From Ruditapes philippinarum (taxonomy: Eukaryota), in assembly GCF_026571515.1 (NCBI RefSeq), contig NW_026854157.1:372001-436000 (forward strand): DNA of 64,000 bases. Direction: 5' to 3'. Position numbers and translations under genes: made by a program. Shown piece after piece: positions 38,301 to 51,042 of this stretch (position 1 is its first letter; each line of letters begins with the position of its first letter). The notes beneath the pieces are model-generated. The model was not told the DNA's origin, made no database searches, and saw only the letters and a list, made by a program, of their open reading frames with translations.

Positions 38301-40109
38301 TTAAGTGATGTAAGAGTATGAAGCCAAATACTTTTCTGTCGTCCTGTGTTATAGCCTGTTGTATTTTTGTCATTTGCCTTTCTGCCTCTTTTTCACATAC
38401 GGACTTTGTTTCCTAAAATATATTAACATATTCATATATTTTAACTGGAAATTCCCTTTATACTGTTGAAATATATGAGACATATGATAACTTACTTATA
38501 ATCGTGAACACTAGAACACCACCGTATTGCATACATTCGACATATTGAACGCGAATTATTATCTTATGAGAACTGTTGAAGTTATAAATTATGAAATAAA
38601 ACTGATGTGCTATTTGCAAAATTGTTTAAGGTATCATTCTTATTAACAAAAAGTTTATGATTAAAAACTTTGCAATACCACAAGAATTTTGACTAATGTT
38701 GAAATTACTGCTTCCTCGTCATCACCTTGCTTATTGGCGAGCTTTTCGAATGCTTCCGTCCATTCGTTATCGTAAATTTCCTGATATACTTCTGCAAGTT
38801 TCGTCGGACGGTTTTTGTCACTTAAATCATCAATATTCGGATTTTTTTCTAACAGTTTATTTTTCAATGACTGGTTTAGTCTGAAAAGGTAGTGCACATG
38901 AATAAAGTCTTTCGTTAAAGTATGTTAAAATAAAAATAAATCATACAACAACTAACAGAAATCAAACAATTATAACATTAACAAGAATTTATCTTTAAAT
39001 TACCTTGTTTTAGTCTCATCTAGGTCTTCTTCAGTTTTTCTGAGTTTCTCCCTGGTGTCTTTAAGCTGTTTTTCCAATGTAGAATATCTCTCTGATTCTT
39101 GTGTGTCAGTAGTACGGAACTCATATCGTTCTCGGCGATCTGTACCAATCTTGCTTTCTGCATGCTCTAGAGCTTGGATTTGAATTTTTTATTCTTTGAT
39201 GGTTTGTTGCATTTGCAGTTTCTCTTTATCAAATGACTTCTTTAGCTCATCTTTGGATTATTTGCATTGCACATATTTCTTCTCGATATTTTTCAGCTGT
39301 GTACTCCTTTCGTCATATTCTTTGAACCTTTTTTCAAGATCGTCATATCTTTTCTTCATTTCAAATAACTCGTCCGTACTCTTTCGAGACGTACCCAATT
39401 CGCGTCGAAGGTCTTCATTTTCTCTTTTCAATTTGGCAACCTCAGTTGTATTTATTTGATAAACATCCTGAAAGAGTGATATAACAAACAAGGTCATATT
39501 GAGTTAACAGTGTCATACTACAAAAACAAAATTTAATGTTAATTTGGTTGACTGGTAAAATCGAGAATGTTTGTATACACATTTATGTTTACATGTGAAC
39601 AAACTTAAAAAAAAATGACTTATGTTGACAAATTTAAGTTTAAACATTTTGTTTCGTTCTTTGTCAACTGAATGCCTGAATATAAAGAATGCACAAACTC
39701 GCCTCAAAAGTAGATGTTGTTGTCATAAACCCTTTAAGCAATATACCTCTCAAAGTGAATATATAACTTTACTGATAAAAAGACATTTTTATTCTACTTT
39801 TATGCAAATGAGAGTTATCTCTATGTAATTAGTTTCAACAGTTTTACCATAAGTTTTTGTGTGTTAATTTCTATCTGATATGTTTTGTATGTTATCCTGG
39901 CAAAAATTGTCAATTTCCAAAATTTGTTTTAATACTGAAAAAATAATACGTTATCATTATCTAATGTTTCCCACACAGAGTTTGCTAGGTCTTGAACATC
40001 GGTTGTCAACAATGCAAGAAGTTTTTCCAGAAGTTCATTTCTGCCTATCTTTGTCTTCGGTCGAGACCAATCGGTATGGCTAGTAGCCCTATGTGATTTT
40101 TCGATATTC
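35318..40109 (-). pseudogene. Long MIEAP-domain-like gene copy B2 with two in-frame nonsense codons
   Basis: Exons 40109-39950, 39467-39004 (TAA at 39258-39260 and 39189-39191, frame otherwise kept), 38880-38679 (NPNIDDLSDKNRPTKLAEVY), 38412-38332, 37944-37855, 37013-36909 and 35941-35318 (VQDPP...VVWPALL..KGVAQ). The start exon was not identified. Confidence 0.85.
37320..37692 (+). mobile_element. Partial HINE/pearl-like element in a B2 intron
   Basis: Two ~145-bp repeats (TGACCCCAAAATCAATAGG..CATCTACTGGTCATGACCAATCA), a (GACC/GACG)n tract and a terminal hairpin TACCCCCTCTTC..GAAGAGGGGGCA. Confidence 0.75.
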
Positions 40110-43100
40110 CTTAGAATGGTAAAAAAGAATGATTAATACTAAAACATTATGTTTTTTTTTAATTTTATATAGAAAACACTTTGCTTCGAACAGATTAGTG
40201 ATGACTGAAAAATATAAAACTAGGTGCATCATGTTAATTTTCTCTTATAACAAGTTTTGATATTATAACCTTATCAGAGATCACTGTATGCATTGTTTGC
40301 AACATAACGAACAAGATATATATCTTAAATATACATACTTAGAACCTTATGATGATTTTAAAATGTTTCTGTGATAAGTGAATGTAAGTCTTTATGGCTA
40401 TCAACACTTATAAGAAATTTTATCGCATGATATGATATAATCAAAATCTCCGAATGGTTACATAGTCTGTAAACGAGTCACTTTTATAACATTGCACAAG
40501 TGTGGTCTTATGTTAACAAGGAGATGCTCCTTATAAATTGGTTTGGGATTCATTTAGATACTGACGAAACACAGTATGTGATATAAGGAAAACTGACAGA
40601 TCCGTTTGATGGATTCTGAATGTTTAATTCTGCTATCGTTGTCTTAGACCGTGTTGCATAGACTAAGAAGGAGAAGTTGACGCTTCTTTCACAAGCTTGC
40701 AGTTTGCTTTAAACAAAAAAATTACTCCAATAAGGGAGATACTTTCGGTTGAATGAATACCGTTATTTATTCTGCTTTAAAGGCAACATAGCATAGATCA
40801 TTTCATTATTTATCAAACTGTAGTTTGCTGTTTTCGAACGTAATATTTGAATCAATTCCAATAGGATTGAAATATTTTAAATGTACCAAATGATTTATTA
40901 GACACCGCGGCGGCTAGTAGATATGCATTCGTCTATCCAGCAATGGGGAACATTCTATTCTTGCTTTTGTGTTTTTTGTTTAAACAAAATGAAACAGTTT
41001 TCATATTATCTTATATAAAATAGCTTGTCTGATGTAAAACATGTCGACGGGCTTTAAGAAAATTAAAATAATTGTTTAACTGAAGTAATACTGACATGTT
41101 TGAATATACTGTTCTTTTTACTTTTTCTTCTTTTTTATCTTTTGTTTTTCATTTACCTAATCATTGAGCTAGTCTATATTATTATGACTGAACCAAATTT
41201 GGACAGGGACCAAGAGGTATTACTAAAATACACAACGAAGATTTTTGGCGCAACAGACAAGTTATTATTTTTTTGGAAAACAGACACAGCGTATGCTTAG
41301 TCACTAAAATAATTAACATTTCAGTTATAAATCAATTAACTAACTGAAAAGTAGGTTTGTTTTAAAATGTATCACAAACATTTACAATAAGTTGTTTTGA
41401 AGGATTCTGTGACTGCTTAGATTATTACATTTAGTTGTTCTATACATAAATTCCCTGGTAAGTGAACTGTAAAGAAATATGTAATCATGTGTTAAATCAA
41501 ACATTTTGATCTTTAATAGATAAGTAAACATAACGTAACTAAGATCTGATTATATTTCATTATTAATATCATTGGATATTACAGTCACTACTTTTCGGCC
41601 TATTCCGCCAGTCTTCGGATAAGGTTATAATAAATAATAGCCGAGGACGTTCTGATTGATAGTTTTGCTATTTGTAAAATAACAGTAATCGCAACGTTTC
41701 TTTCCTTCCGTTAGTCTTTAGATAAGGACCGTTATAATAGATGGCAGCCGAGGACGATCCGATTGAAATAGCAGAACAGTTGGTCCTTAAAATCATTCGA
41801 AAATTAACCATTTAGCACCAATATTATGGTTCAATATCAATATTTTTAGAAAGCCTGATTTCATCACCTTTAAGTTATATACAGATCATTTAATTTTCAC
41901 TTATTATCCAATTTATTTTACTTCCACCAGACCTTTCAATCTTTGTCGCAACAAACATTTCAGAGTTTCAGACATGGCTTTACTTTGTGATTTATACATG
42001 ATAGGTTATTCTACCTTTTCACAAAAATATGCAAATTAATCATTAAACAATGAACATATACCATAAAATGAACAAAACTTGATTAGTGCTTTGGATATTC
42101 AACTTTTATAGAGGACAATTCTCAAGGCAGATTGTGTTTATTACCTGTAACTATTCACGTCATTTGGCGGGTCTTTGATGTGCAGTATCACCATTTAACT
42201 TATACTGCATTATTGGACTATTTAAAATGCTTCCAAAATACAATTAAAGTCATACTTACAGCCCAGTCATATCCAATAAAACGGTTTCAAAACTATTCTT
42301 TTACTTTACAAATATAATAATGTGTATATTAATTAAAGTCTCGCGATGAATGACAACAAGCCGTGTTGTATACATTCAGTTTATAAGATAAACCGCGTGT
42401 GTTTTTTTTTCTGTTGAAGACGATTGAACATTTTACTTCCTTCTGAAAATGTTAAAAAGAATGTAAAACTTCGGGCAATGTTCCAATATTTTATTTTGCA
42501 AAACGTCAATTATTTAACGATCAATTGTTAAATTTATGTTAAACCTTTTTCCGTTTTATTCGCACGTTTATTAAACAAATTATAAATGCGCAAAAGTAAA
42601 CGATATCGATTTATTATGATATTGGCTATTGTCATAAAGAATCTTTTAAGTTTAACCAAGTTTACGTAGCTGGAGATTTAATCTCTAAGTTGCAAAACTG
42701 ACATGTGACTCATTTCCCTTTATCCACCACCCTTAAAGTAAACTTGATAAAAGACCAATGTTGGAGCAAAGTAAGGCTATTGTGAGACCTTTTCAGTTTA
42801 CAAGTACCTTGATAAAAAAACTGCCTTAACCCCCTCACCAATGTTATTTTAAGTTACAAATCTTAAGACATAATAAAGCTCATTTAAAAATCCTGCACAG
42901 TCAATTAAAACGTAAACAGTCCGAGCGAAGTTGGAACCACTATCATTAGGGGACAAGCTATTGAAAAGAAAAAGCATTAACTGCTTGTAAATATTGGGGA
43001 AGAGAGACCACTATACCCTACCTTACTATCTCCTCTGTCTCCCTGCAACACAGTAAAAAAAATGCTGCCCCTTTGACCTTCTGTGTTTTTATGGATCCAC

Positions 43101-43774
43101 TTAAGTTTGCTCTAGCTACTCCTGTACGTCTCTGGTCGAATAAATGTTTGCCCTCTTTTCTGAATATGGCACATCCATAAAACCAGGAGCTGCCCATGTT
43201 AATCACCCAACAAGGATTCTTTGAAATGAATAACATATTTATATTGATGTAAAAAATGTAACCAATTTATTGTATAAACTAAGTTAATATATTTTACAGA
43301 ATATGTATGTTGTTGGAAACATACACTCTATTAAAATGATTTTGCCTCATTACTTGCTTCAATTCTATGGTGCGAGGTGCGAGATTGATCACTTTCATAA
43401 CAAGTAAGATTACAATCATGTAGTTCTTATACAATATACACAATAATAAGACCCTATATTTTAGCTCCTCATGGCGTTCACTAATCTCAACTATTCGGCG
43501 TATCAAAAACAATTGAAACGTTTGCCTCTTTCATTTTTTAGTTTATTCAATTCATAAAAATGTGGGCATTTTCCATTTGAAGATCAACGAATATGTACTT
43601 AAGCATATAATTTAAAACAAAATTACTTTGTAGACAACGCAGCTGTTTGACGGAGTGAAATTCTTTCATGTTAGTTATATCGGTAGTATTTCATATACAC
43701 CAGGCATAGCTTAAATGTATTCTTATCGCATATTTCAATTCCACGAAAAAGCATTTGTGCCATGTGTTTTTTTT

Positions 43775-43948
43775 TATTTACTTGAAATTTCAAGTTTCTA
43801 ACTAACTAAAAGTTTCGACTTACTTACTCAACAATTTGACATACTAACTTGAAATTTCGACTTACTAACCCGATTTTTCGACTCAGTAACTCAGAATTTC
43901 GACTAACATAACTCGAAATTTTGACTTATAAACTCGTAATTTCGAGTA
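43775..43948. repeat. Short ~21-22 bp tandem repeat (TTTCGACTTACTAACTCGAAA-like)
   Basis: About seven degenerate copies. Confidence 0.7.
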
Positions 43949-45660
43949 AATAACACTGTGTTTTGATGTATAATCTTTATTTAATCTTGTACACCTGTAT
44001 TGGGGATGTTGGCTGAGGTTATCGCACAGTAAAATGCTTGTATGTATTTATTTATTATAACTGAATTACTTTTCTGTTCAATTCTAATCGGTTATAATAG
44101 CGATTTAATTGAATGTTTTGAGGTATTTAGATATGCAACATTCCTTATCTTTTGTTTTGATTGACTATATAAGATTTTCTAAAAACAGGTAATTGACAAG
44201 GTTATCCTTTAAGAAACAGAACAGATAATGTATTTAGACTTGTACATGTTTTAAAGCATGCCACTTCCATAAAAAAACTTGATTGTAGTTCTTATAAGTT
44301 TAGGGACATTATGTTTAAGTCATTTTCCATTCAATTGTTTTGAGATAAAAAAAACTCAGCGATTATTAATAATGTCTTCTAATGCAGCATAAAATGTCTG
44401 GAAGGGTCACTAAATACAGATTAATGGCAATTAACTGTCAACGCAGTTTGTAAGTTAATATTAGTTTTGTATCTTATAGAAAAATGTTTTGTATCTAATA
44501 TACAATGTAAGTGTTAGTTCATGTAATTTATACTATGTACCTCTATTACTTATCTTATCCATCTGTTTGTTTTTACTACTGGTCCTTGATAATGGTCATA
44601 ATTGTATAGAAGAAGGGTAGCCTAATATATAGTTTACATTGACAAGAGCCATGTTCACTGTTTGAAGGTTTGCCATCTGATTTTGAGTTACAAGTCTACA
44701 GCAACAAGCTGTCGCATTTCTGTACAATTCTGTTTATGTGTATGTATCTCGCAGTATCTAGTCGTTCAAAGTTAGTAAGGTGCTCTTAATTAAATAGAAT
44801 AGGGTACTGACATTGAGTGAATCAGATTCAACGCATGACAGATTTTAAATTTGAAAAGATTCAATTTAGATTTAAAATACCTCTGTTGAAAACACATAAC
44901 GTTTACTTAAATAGAAGCTTTACAGATCACTGAATTTCAATCATAATAAGAAGTATATTTTTGAGTTAAAAATAATTTTGTTAGTTTAGAAAATTAAATT
45001 ATTGAGTGCTCTACCATTATGAGCTTTTATTCGAGACATCTACCTTGTTTAGTATAATAATTGCCTTTAAGTTACTGAAGCATGTTTGCATGATCCCATC
45101 GGTTACCGTGAACATGTTATCCATTTATGTATATTGCTTATGATTTGATTTAATGCCCATATTCAATATATAGTAAGCATTACTTATTTTCACTTTTTTA
45201 CATTTCAGAATGTTTTATTGTTTCAGAAATATGTAATTATGTTAATACATTAAATGTTTTATGATGTTAATAATAACTGTTCATTTATCGTAGTTACTTT
45301 TAGTTCCATAGTGCCACAAACTGACGTTATGTGATTATATTATGCTTGGACTTATAACCATTTAGAAATCACACATCTTGATTCATACTGAAAAGGTGCC
45401 CTTATATAATTTCAAATACGGAGTTTTAAATGAATATTTAGACAAGTCTAATATTTATCATAATATGCTTTACTGTATGGCATATTTTTTCCAAGATCTT
45501 TTTGTTACACAAGTATTGATGTATTATGATAAGAACCAAGCACTAAATAAATAAAAGATAGAAATATGAATGACAAAAGTAAATGACAAAACAGTAATAG
45601 CTACTAATAATCAAGAACTGTGAAAAGTAATCATAGAGAATCATTTTTATTAGCACGAAA

Positions 45661-45947
45661 GGCGAGTGGTTAAGGTCGTTGACTTCAAACCACTTGCCCC
45701 TCACCGCTGTGGGTTCGAATCCCGACAGGGACTTTGGATTCATTCATGTGAGGAAAATATCCAGCTAGCTTACGGAACGTCGGTGGTACCGGTTCTACTC
45801 AGGTGCCCGTTCGTGCCTGAAATAATGCACGGAAGGGCACCTGAGGTCTTCCTCCACCAGTAAAGCTAGAATGTCGCGATATGACCTATACTGTGTCGGT
45901 GTGACGTAAAACTCAAAACAAATAAATAAACAACAAACAAACAAACG
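45661..45947 (+). mobile_element. tRNA-derived SINE, V-domain-like, near full length
   Basis: A box GGCGAGTGGTTAAGG, B box GGTTCGAATCC, body GTCGGTGGT..GGTCTTCCTCCACCA and an (AAAC)n tail. Confidence 0.85.
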
Positions 45948-48004
45948 AAAAACGTAAACCTTTTTTTAGAAAAATAAATGGTTGAATATTTATTTATAGA
46001 TACGTTGTATATTTGCCTATAGATATGATAAAACTAACAACCTTATAAGTAGCAACGATGTGTAATTACCAAACAGTTACAAGATGCTTCTAAGGGAGAA
46101 AACTCCACAGGCCATAACACAGCAGTTTACTGTTTTATGCACTAAGGAATTGTCCCCCCTAGCTACACAAATTTCATATGATCAATATCATTCATTAAAT
46201 TGGGGTAATGTTATAATTTTAAGACATATCATCAATATATTCACACTATTGCATGTTTTCCATTTCTTATAGAAGTATAAATTGGAACATAATTAATAAA
46301 ACAATACTTAAATGTTTCAATGCGAACATTATGAATGGTAAGAAAAATTGACCATTATATCATTTAATATTGTAAAGAATGTCATTTGTTATACTTTATA
46401 TTTTACATTCTCCTAACGGTACCAACTTAGGTATATCAGGGTCTTACAACAATTTGTCTACTTCAACATGATTTAAATGAATTCCGTATTAATGCCATAC
46501 ATTGATTTAGGTAATGGATGTCTTACATAGATGTAACATATTCTTGTGTAATATATGTAATGTATATGGTCGTTCATACTTACAAATTAAAAGTCAGTTA
46601 AAGAATATTTATAAAACAATATCCTGTATATTATATATATTATAATATATAGCCAAATATTTTATTTCTCATTTAGCTTTTCATTTATTTAAATTTAAGT
46701 ACCTTTCATTCAGTCTGATATTTTTATTGTTTATTTCATCTCTTTATTAGTTTAATCACATATACATGTATTAGTGTTTGCATTATTAGTGACTTTTTCC
46801 GTTAATTGTTTATTCATTTTGGTAGACCATTGAAAAGTACCGATTTTTTTTTTTGCTACAAAATAAATCAAGCTAGACCATCTAGACTCATTTTAGATGT
46901 TATGTCCTAGTAATTCAATTACAGAGTAGCTTAGTGTATGGAAATTTTGACACAAGCATTATCAAATTTGTCTTTTTTAACCTTATCTATGGGAAAAAAT
47001 CGAATGGATTCGATGTAACTCCTCTTCTTTCAGTTTCAATACTACGACCTCTCTTCCAGCAATGCATTTCTATTATATTGGCTGTTTAGATCTATTTTAT
47101 TTAATAAAAGTTTATGGTTTCTATAGATATAACAAAACATATTGTAAAATTGTTTTATATATTTTTACCAAAAAAATCAACAAAAAACAACAACAAAAAA
47201 TAAAAATAAACACACATAGTCGCCCTTTTCATTTTTCTTTCATTATTTTACTGTCGTTATTGTTGAAATCTATTAGACAATGTTTTGGAAACAATGGTAC
47301 TAATAATATATCAATATGTTAATTATAACCCATCCTTATAATTTGAAAATATTGTACATCATCGGATAATGTTTATATATAATTACACATTTCGTCAGGT
47401 CAAATTCTTATTAGCCTTTGCCAGACTGCTGTACAAGTACATTTTGTTTATTTGCGGATTTTTAAATACAATTTCGTCTTCATTTTCTGTTTAAAAAGTG
47501 CACCTTTCTCCTTAAGATACTGAAAAGAATACACTGCGTTTATATTTATGCAAAGTAGACATATAAAACTTAAACGATCTTCGGTTTGTGTACTTCCATT
47601 TCAGATAAGTTTCAGTAAGCGTAATTTGAGTTTTACCGCGGTTTTAACGTGTCTTACAGTTAAATCTTTGATAAGTTTTAAGGTTGATATTTGTCTGTAA
47701 CCTTAACAATATTATTATATCTATACTTGTCAGATTTCGTGGAAGGCAAACTGAAACGAATTACTTCCTGGTATAGGTAACTATCGAATCACAATATAGT
47801 TAATTCAACACTTACAAAAAAACTGGTTTAATAAACTTGAATGTCATAACTTATATATAGATTAATCTTGGCCGACTATGTAAACAATATTATGCATTTG
47901 AAAGTAAAACAAAATCCCTTCTGTTTAACAAATAGATATAAAACAATAATTACTTAACATAATATTTGGCTGATGTATAGTTTAGCTTAAATTTATTATT
48001 TTAC

Positions 48005-48275
48005 CCTAACTGTGATAGAAATGGATACATTATAATTCATAAAATAAAGATATTTTGCTACAAATATTACTTAATTTCTTTTCTTTTGTTTTCCAGCATC
48101 ATTGACATTTCAGAAATTACGTTTTCCCGAACTTTGAAAGTAATCTTAACTGTGATAGAAATGGCTACGGTATTCGTAAAATAAAGATATTCTGATTTGC
48201 TAAAAGTATTAGTTAGTTTTCTATCTTTTGTTTTCAAGCAGTATCTACTTTTCAGAAATTACGTTGTCCCGAAAC
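48005..48275. repeat. Two-copy ~140-bp tandem duplication
   Basis: TAACTGTGATAGAAATGG...TTTCAGAAATTACGTT is repeated. Confidence 0.7.
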
Positions 48276-48741
48276 CCCATACACTTTAGCGACTAACATA
48301 TTATTGGAAATCATTGTATCGTCACATGTAAGACACCAAAGGAAATGCCGAAAGACACATAATCTGCTGAGGATATTGTATGCCTGTGTGCACGTGTGTT
48401 GGTGCCTTGCTGCGTGCATGCGCGACCGTGTACATATTTCCTTACTTAATTCCATGTATATGAGTTCCTGTAATCGTGACCGTGACCGTAATTTTCTGGT
48501 CTCGCTATTCTAGTACATTTGTATCTCAGTAATGCTGATGAAAAAAATACAACCCGCGATCACTTGACTCTAAAGCACAATGTTTTTTTTTTACAACATA
48601 TGCTCATCCAACCATCGTATGGCAATTTAATGGTTTAACCGATGAAAAGGAAGGATAATCAACTTGTACCTGTCACAAGAGAGATTACTATGTAGAAATT
48701 GTAAACATAACTTATGTATATGTGAAAATGATAATGATGTT

Positions 48742-48966
48742 TTTGTTTATTTAATTGGGGTTTATGTCACACCGACACATAGGTCATATAGCGACGTTCC
48801 AGCTTTACTGGTGGAGGAAGACTTCAGGCACCCTACCGTGCATTATTTCAGGCACGAACAGGCATCTGAGTAGAACCACTGACGTTCCGTAAGCTAGTTT
48901 AATAGCCTTTTCACACAGGAACACAAAGCGGTGAGGGGCAAGTGGTTTGAAGTCAACGACCACTTG
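48742..48966 (-). mobile_element. tRNA-derived SINE (same family as 45661-45947), internally deleted
   Basis: The reverse complement matches the head, body and tail of the 45.7-kb copy. Confidence 0.85.
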
Positions 48967-49858
48967 ACCCTCGCAAAATGATAATGTACTTTCATAGTTG
49001 AGAATGATGACCAGTCCCGTATACTGTAACGTTTCGTTTTTGTTCCTACTGTTTTCACCGTTAATAGTCATGTAACTATATGAAGGAAAGCAATGTTCAA
49101 TTTATAATAAAATCAACAACAACAAAAACATTTAAAGGGAGGTAAACCAGAAAGAACATCCTTTTTTGTTTATCATGGTTATTACCCTTCAATCTATAGT
49201 TTAGTAAATATTTTAGTTTCGATTGATCATTACAATATTATACAAAAATGTAATATATAATATAATTATAATATTATAATATTTTTCGCAGTAGAAATGT
49301 TCTTATTGGTATTCATGGATATATAATGATTTTTATTATGTCATCACAGTGTTTTTTATTGTAATTGAACTTTTCAGAAAACAAGACAATCTGTTCAAAC
49401 AATGGATAATTATAATACTAATCACATGAAGGTTCAAAATCTGGTACACTTTATGCGCCTGTGTTTTATATGCGCTTACACCTAAGCCAAACATACAGAC
49501 AAGCCTTAAACATTCGCATTAAACAACGTCATTTCACTGCATGCACTAAACAAAAATATTTGTTTGAAAACGGTATAAAATATATCGATGCCATTATTTA
49601 ACAAAAGTCTAATATTAGAAAACAAAAAGCTAGGAGATAACTGTCAAAATCAAATTATTATAGGTGTAAGTTAGTGTTCATCCGAGGCTTTTTACATAAA
49701 ATTGAAACTTCGACGGGAAGACAAAGCCATATTATAAAGCCCCTTATCAACTGAGTTTGTGTGGGTATAGATATATTAAATTGCTTGCAATTTCTTATGC
49801 AAAAGAAAGACAGGCATCTTTCAAATACCTTACAACGTAAAGTAATTGTATAGTCTGT

Positions 49859-51042
49859 AACAAGAGGGCCATGATGGCCCTAAGGTCGCTCACCTGTATA
49901 TAGGCCCTTGGAGTAGGGCTTTTATTTGAACAAACTTGGGAGACACCCATTAGAAGATGTTTCATGATGTTACGTTTTTACTACACACATAAATGAAAAA
50001 CAATGACCTCCAGCGCCCACCCCCCCTCACCCCCGGCAGGGCCAATTTTAACCCAACGGCTTTTATTTTAACAAACTTGGTAGACACCCACAAGAAGATG
50101 TTTCATGCTAAACATGTAACCTCTAACTCATTGGTTTTTTTTAAAGAAAATTTTTAAGTTTTTACTATACACATATAGTTAAAAACAATGACACCCCTGG
50201 GGCTGGGCCAGTTTTGACCCCAGGGCTTTTATTTTAACAAACTTTGTAGACACTTACTAGAAGATGTTTTATGCTTAATATCTAAACTCTAGCTATTTGG
50301 GTTTTTTCAAGTTTTTGCTATACACACATAAGGAAAATCAATGACCCCGGGGCAGGGTTAAATATGACCCCAGGGCTTTTATTTGAACAAACTTTGTAGA
50401 CACCTATTAGAACATGTTTCATGCTAAATATCTTAGCTCTACCTCTTTGGGTACTTAAAAAGAAGATTTTTTAAGTTTTTACTTTATGCATATAGAGAAA
50501 ATTAATGACCCCCTGGGGGCCAATTTTGACCCCAGGGCTTTTATTTGAACAAACTTTGTAGACACTCATTAGAAGATGTTTTATGCTAAATATCTTAGCT
50601 CTAGCTCTTTGGGTTCTTTAAAAGAAGATTTTTTAAGTTTTTACTATATGCATATAGGGAAAATCAATGACCCCCTGGGGTGGGGCCAATTTTCACCCCA
50701 GGGCTTTTATTTGAACAAACTTGATAGACACTCACTAGAAAATGTTTCATGCCAAATATCTAAGCTCTAGCTCTTTGGGTTTTTTAAAAGAAGCTATTTA
50801 AAGTTTTTTCTTTCGGTTGCCATGGCAACCAGAGTTCTTCATGGAATTAAATTCTTTGAACAATTTTTAAAGGTGACCACCAAAGGAACATTCCTGTGAA
50901 GTTTGGATGAAATTGGCTTTGTGGTTTATGAGGAGATGTCATTTAAAGTAAACGTTTACGGACGGACGGACGACGGACGGACGCCGAACGAAAAGCGATC
51001 ACAAACGCTCACCCTGTCATTTTGTGACAGGTGAGCTAAAAA
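49859..51042 (+). mobile_element. HINE/pearl-like element with ~160-bp internal repeats
   Basis: Same termini as 3631-4686 (AACAAGAGGGCCATGATGGCCC; CAGGTGAGCTAAAAA). Repeats are anchored on GGGCTTTTATTTGAACAAACTT, with (GGAC)n at ~50960. A fragment of the same repeat lies at ~15200-15430. Confidence 0.82.

Larger units (their letters stand above)
23874..39467. repeat. Segmental duplication, copy 2 (genes A2+B2)
   Basis: Collinear with 1350-16381. It differs by the LINE insertion, by a HINE at 37.3-37.7 kb and by lacking the 13-15 kb minisatellite. Confidence 0.92.

Noticed and set aside
43018-43236. 72-aa ORF with a CW dipeptide as another MIEAP-domain exon
   Set aside because: It lacks the QDPP, VWP and KG.AQ spacing and has no supporting neighbouring exons.
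45543-45863. Short ORFs inside SINEs, the TRIM and HINEs (938+, 23514+, 37455+, 45666+, 48805-, 50576+, 59222-)
   Set aside because: They are translations of non-coding repeats.
46400-47520. Decayed HEPN (DZIP3-like) gene suggested by FDLT and IRNSF..H fragments on the minus strand
   Set aside because: The fragments need frameshifts and contain stops, and no consistent exon chain could be built.
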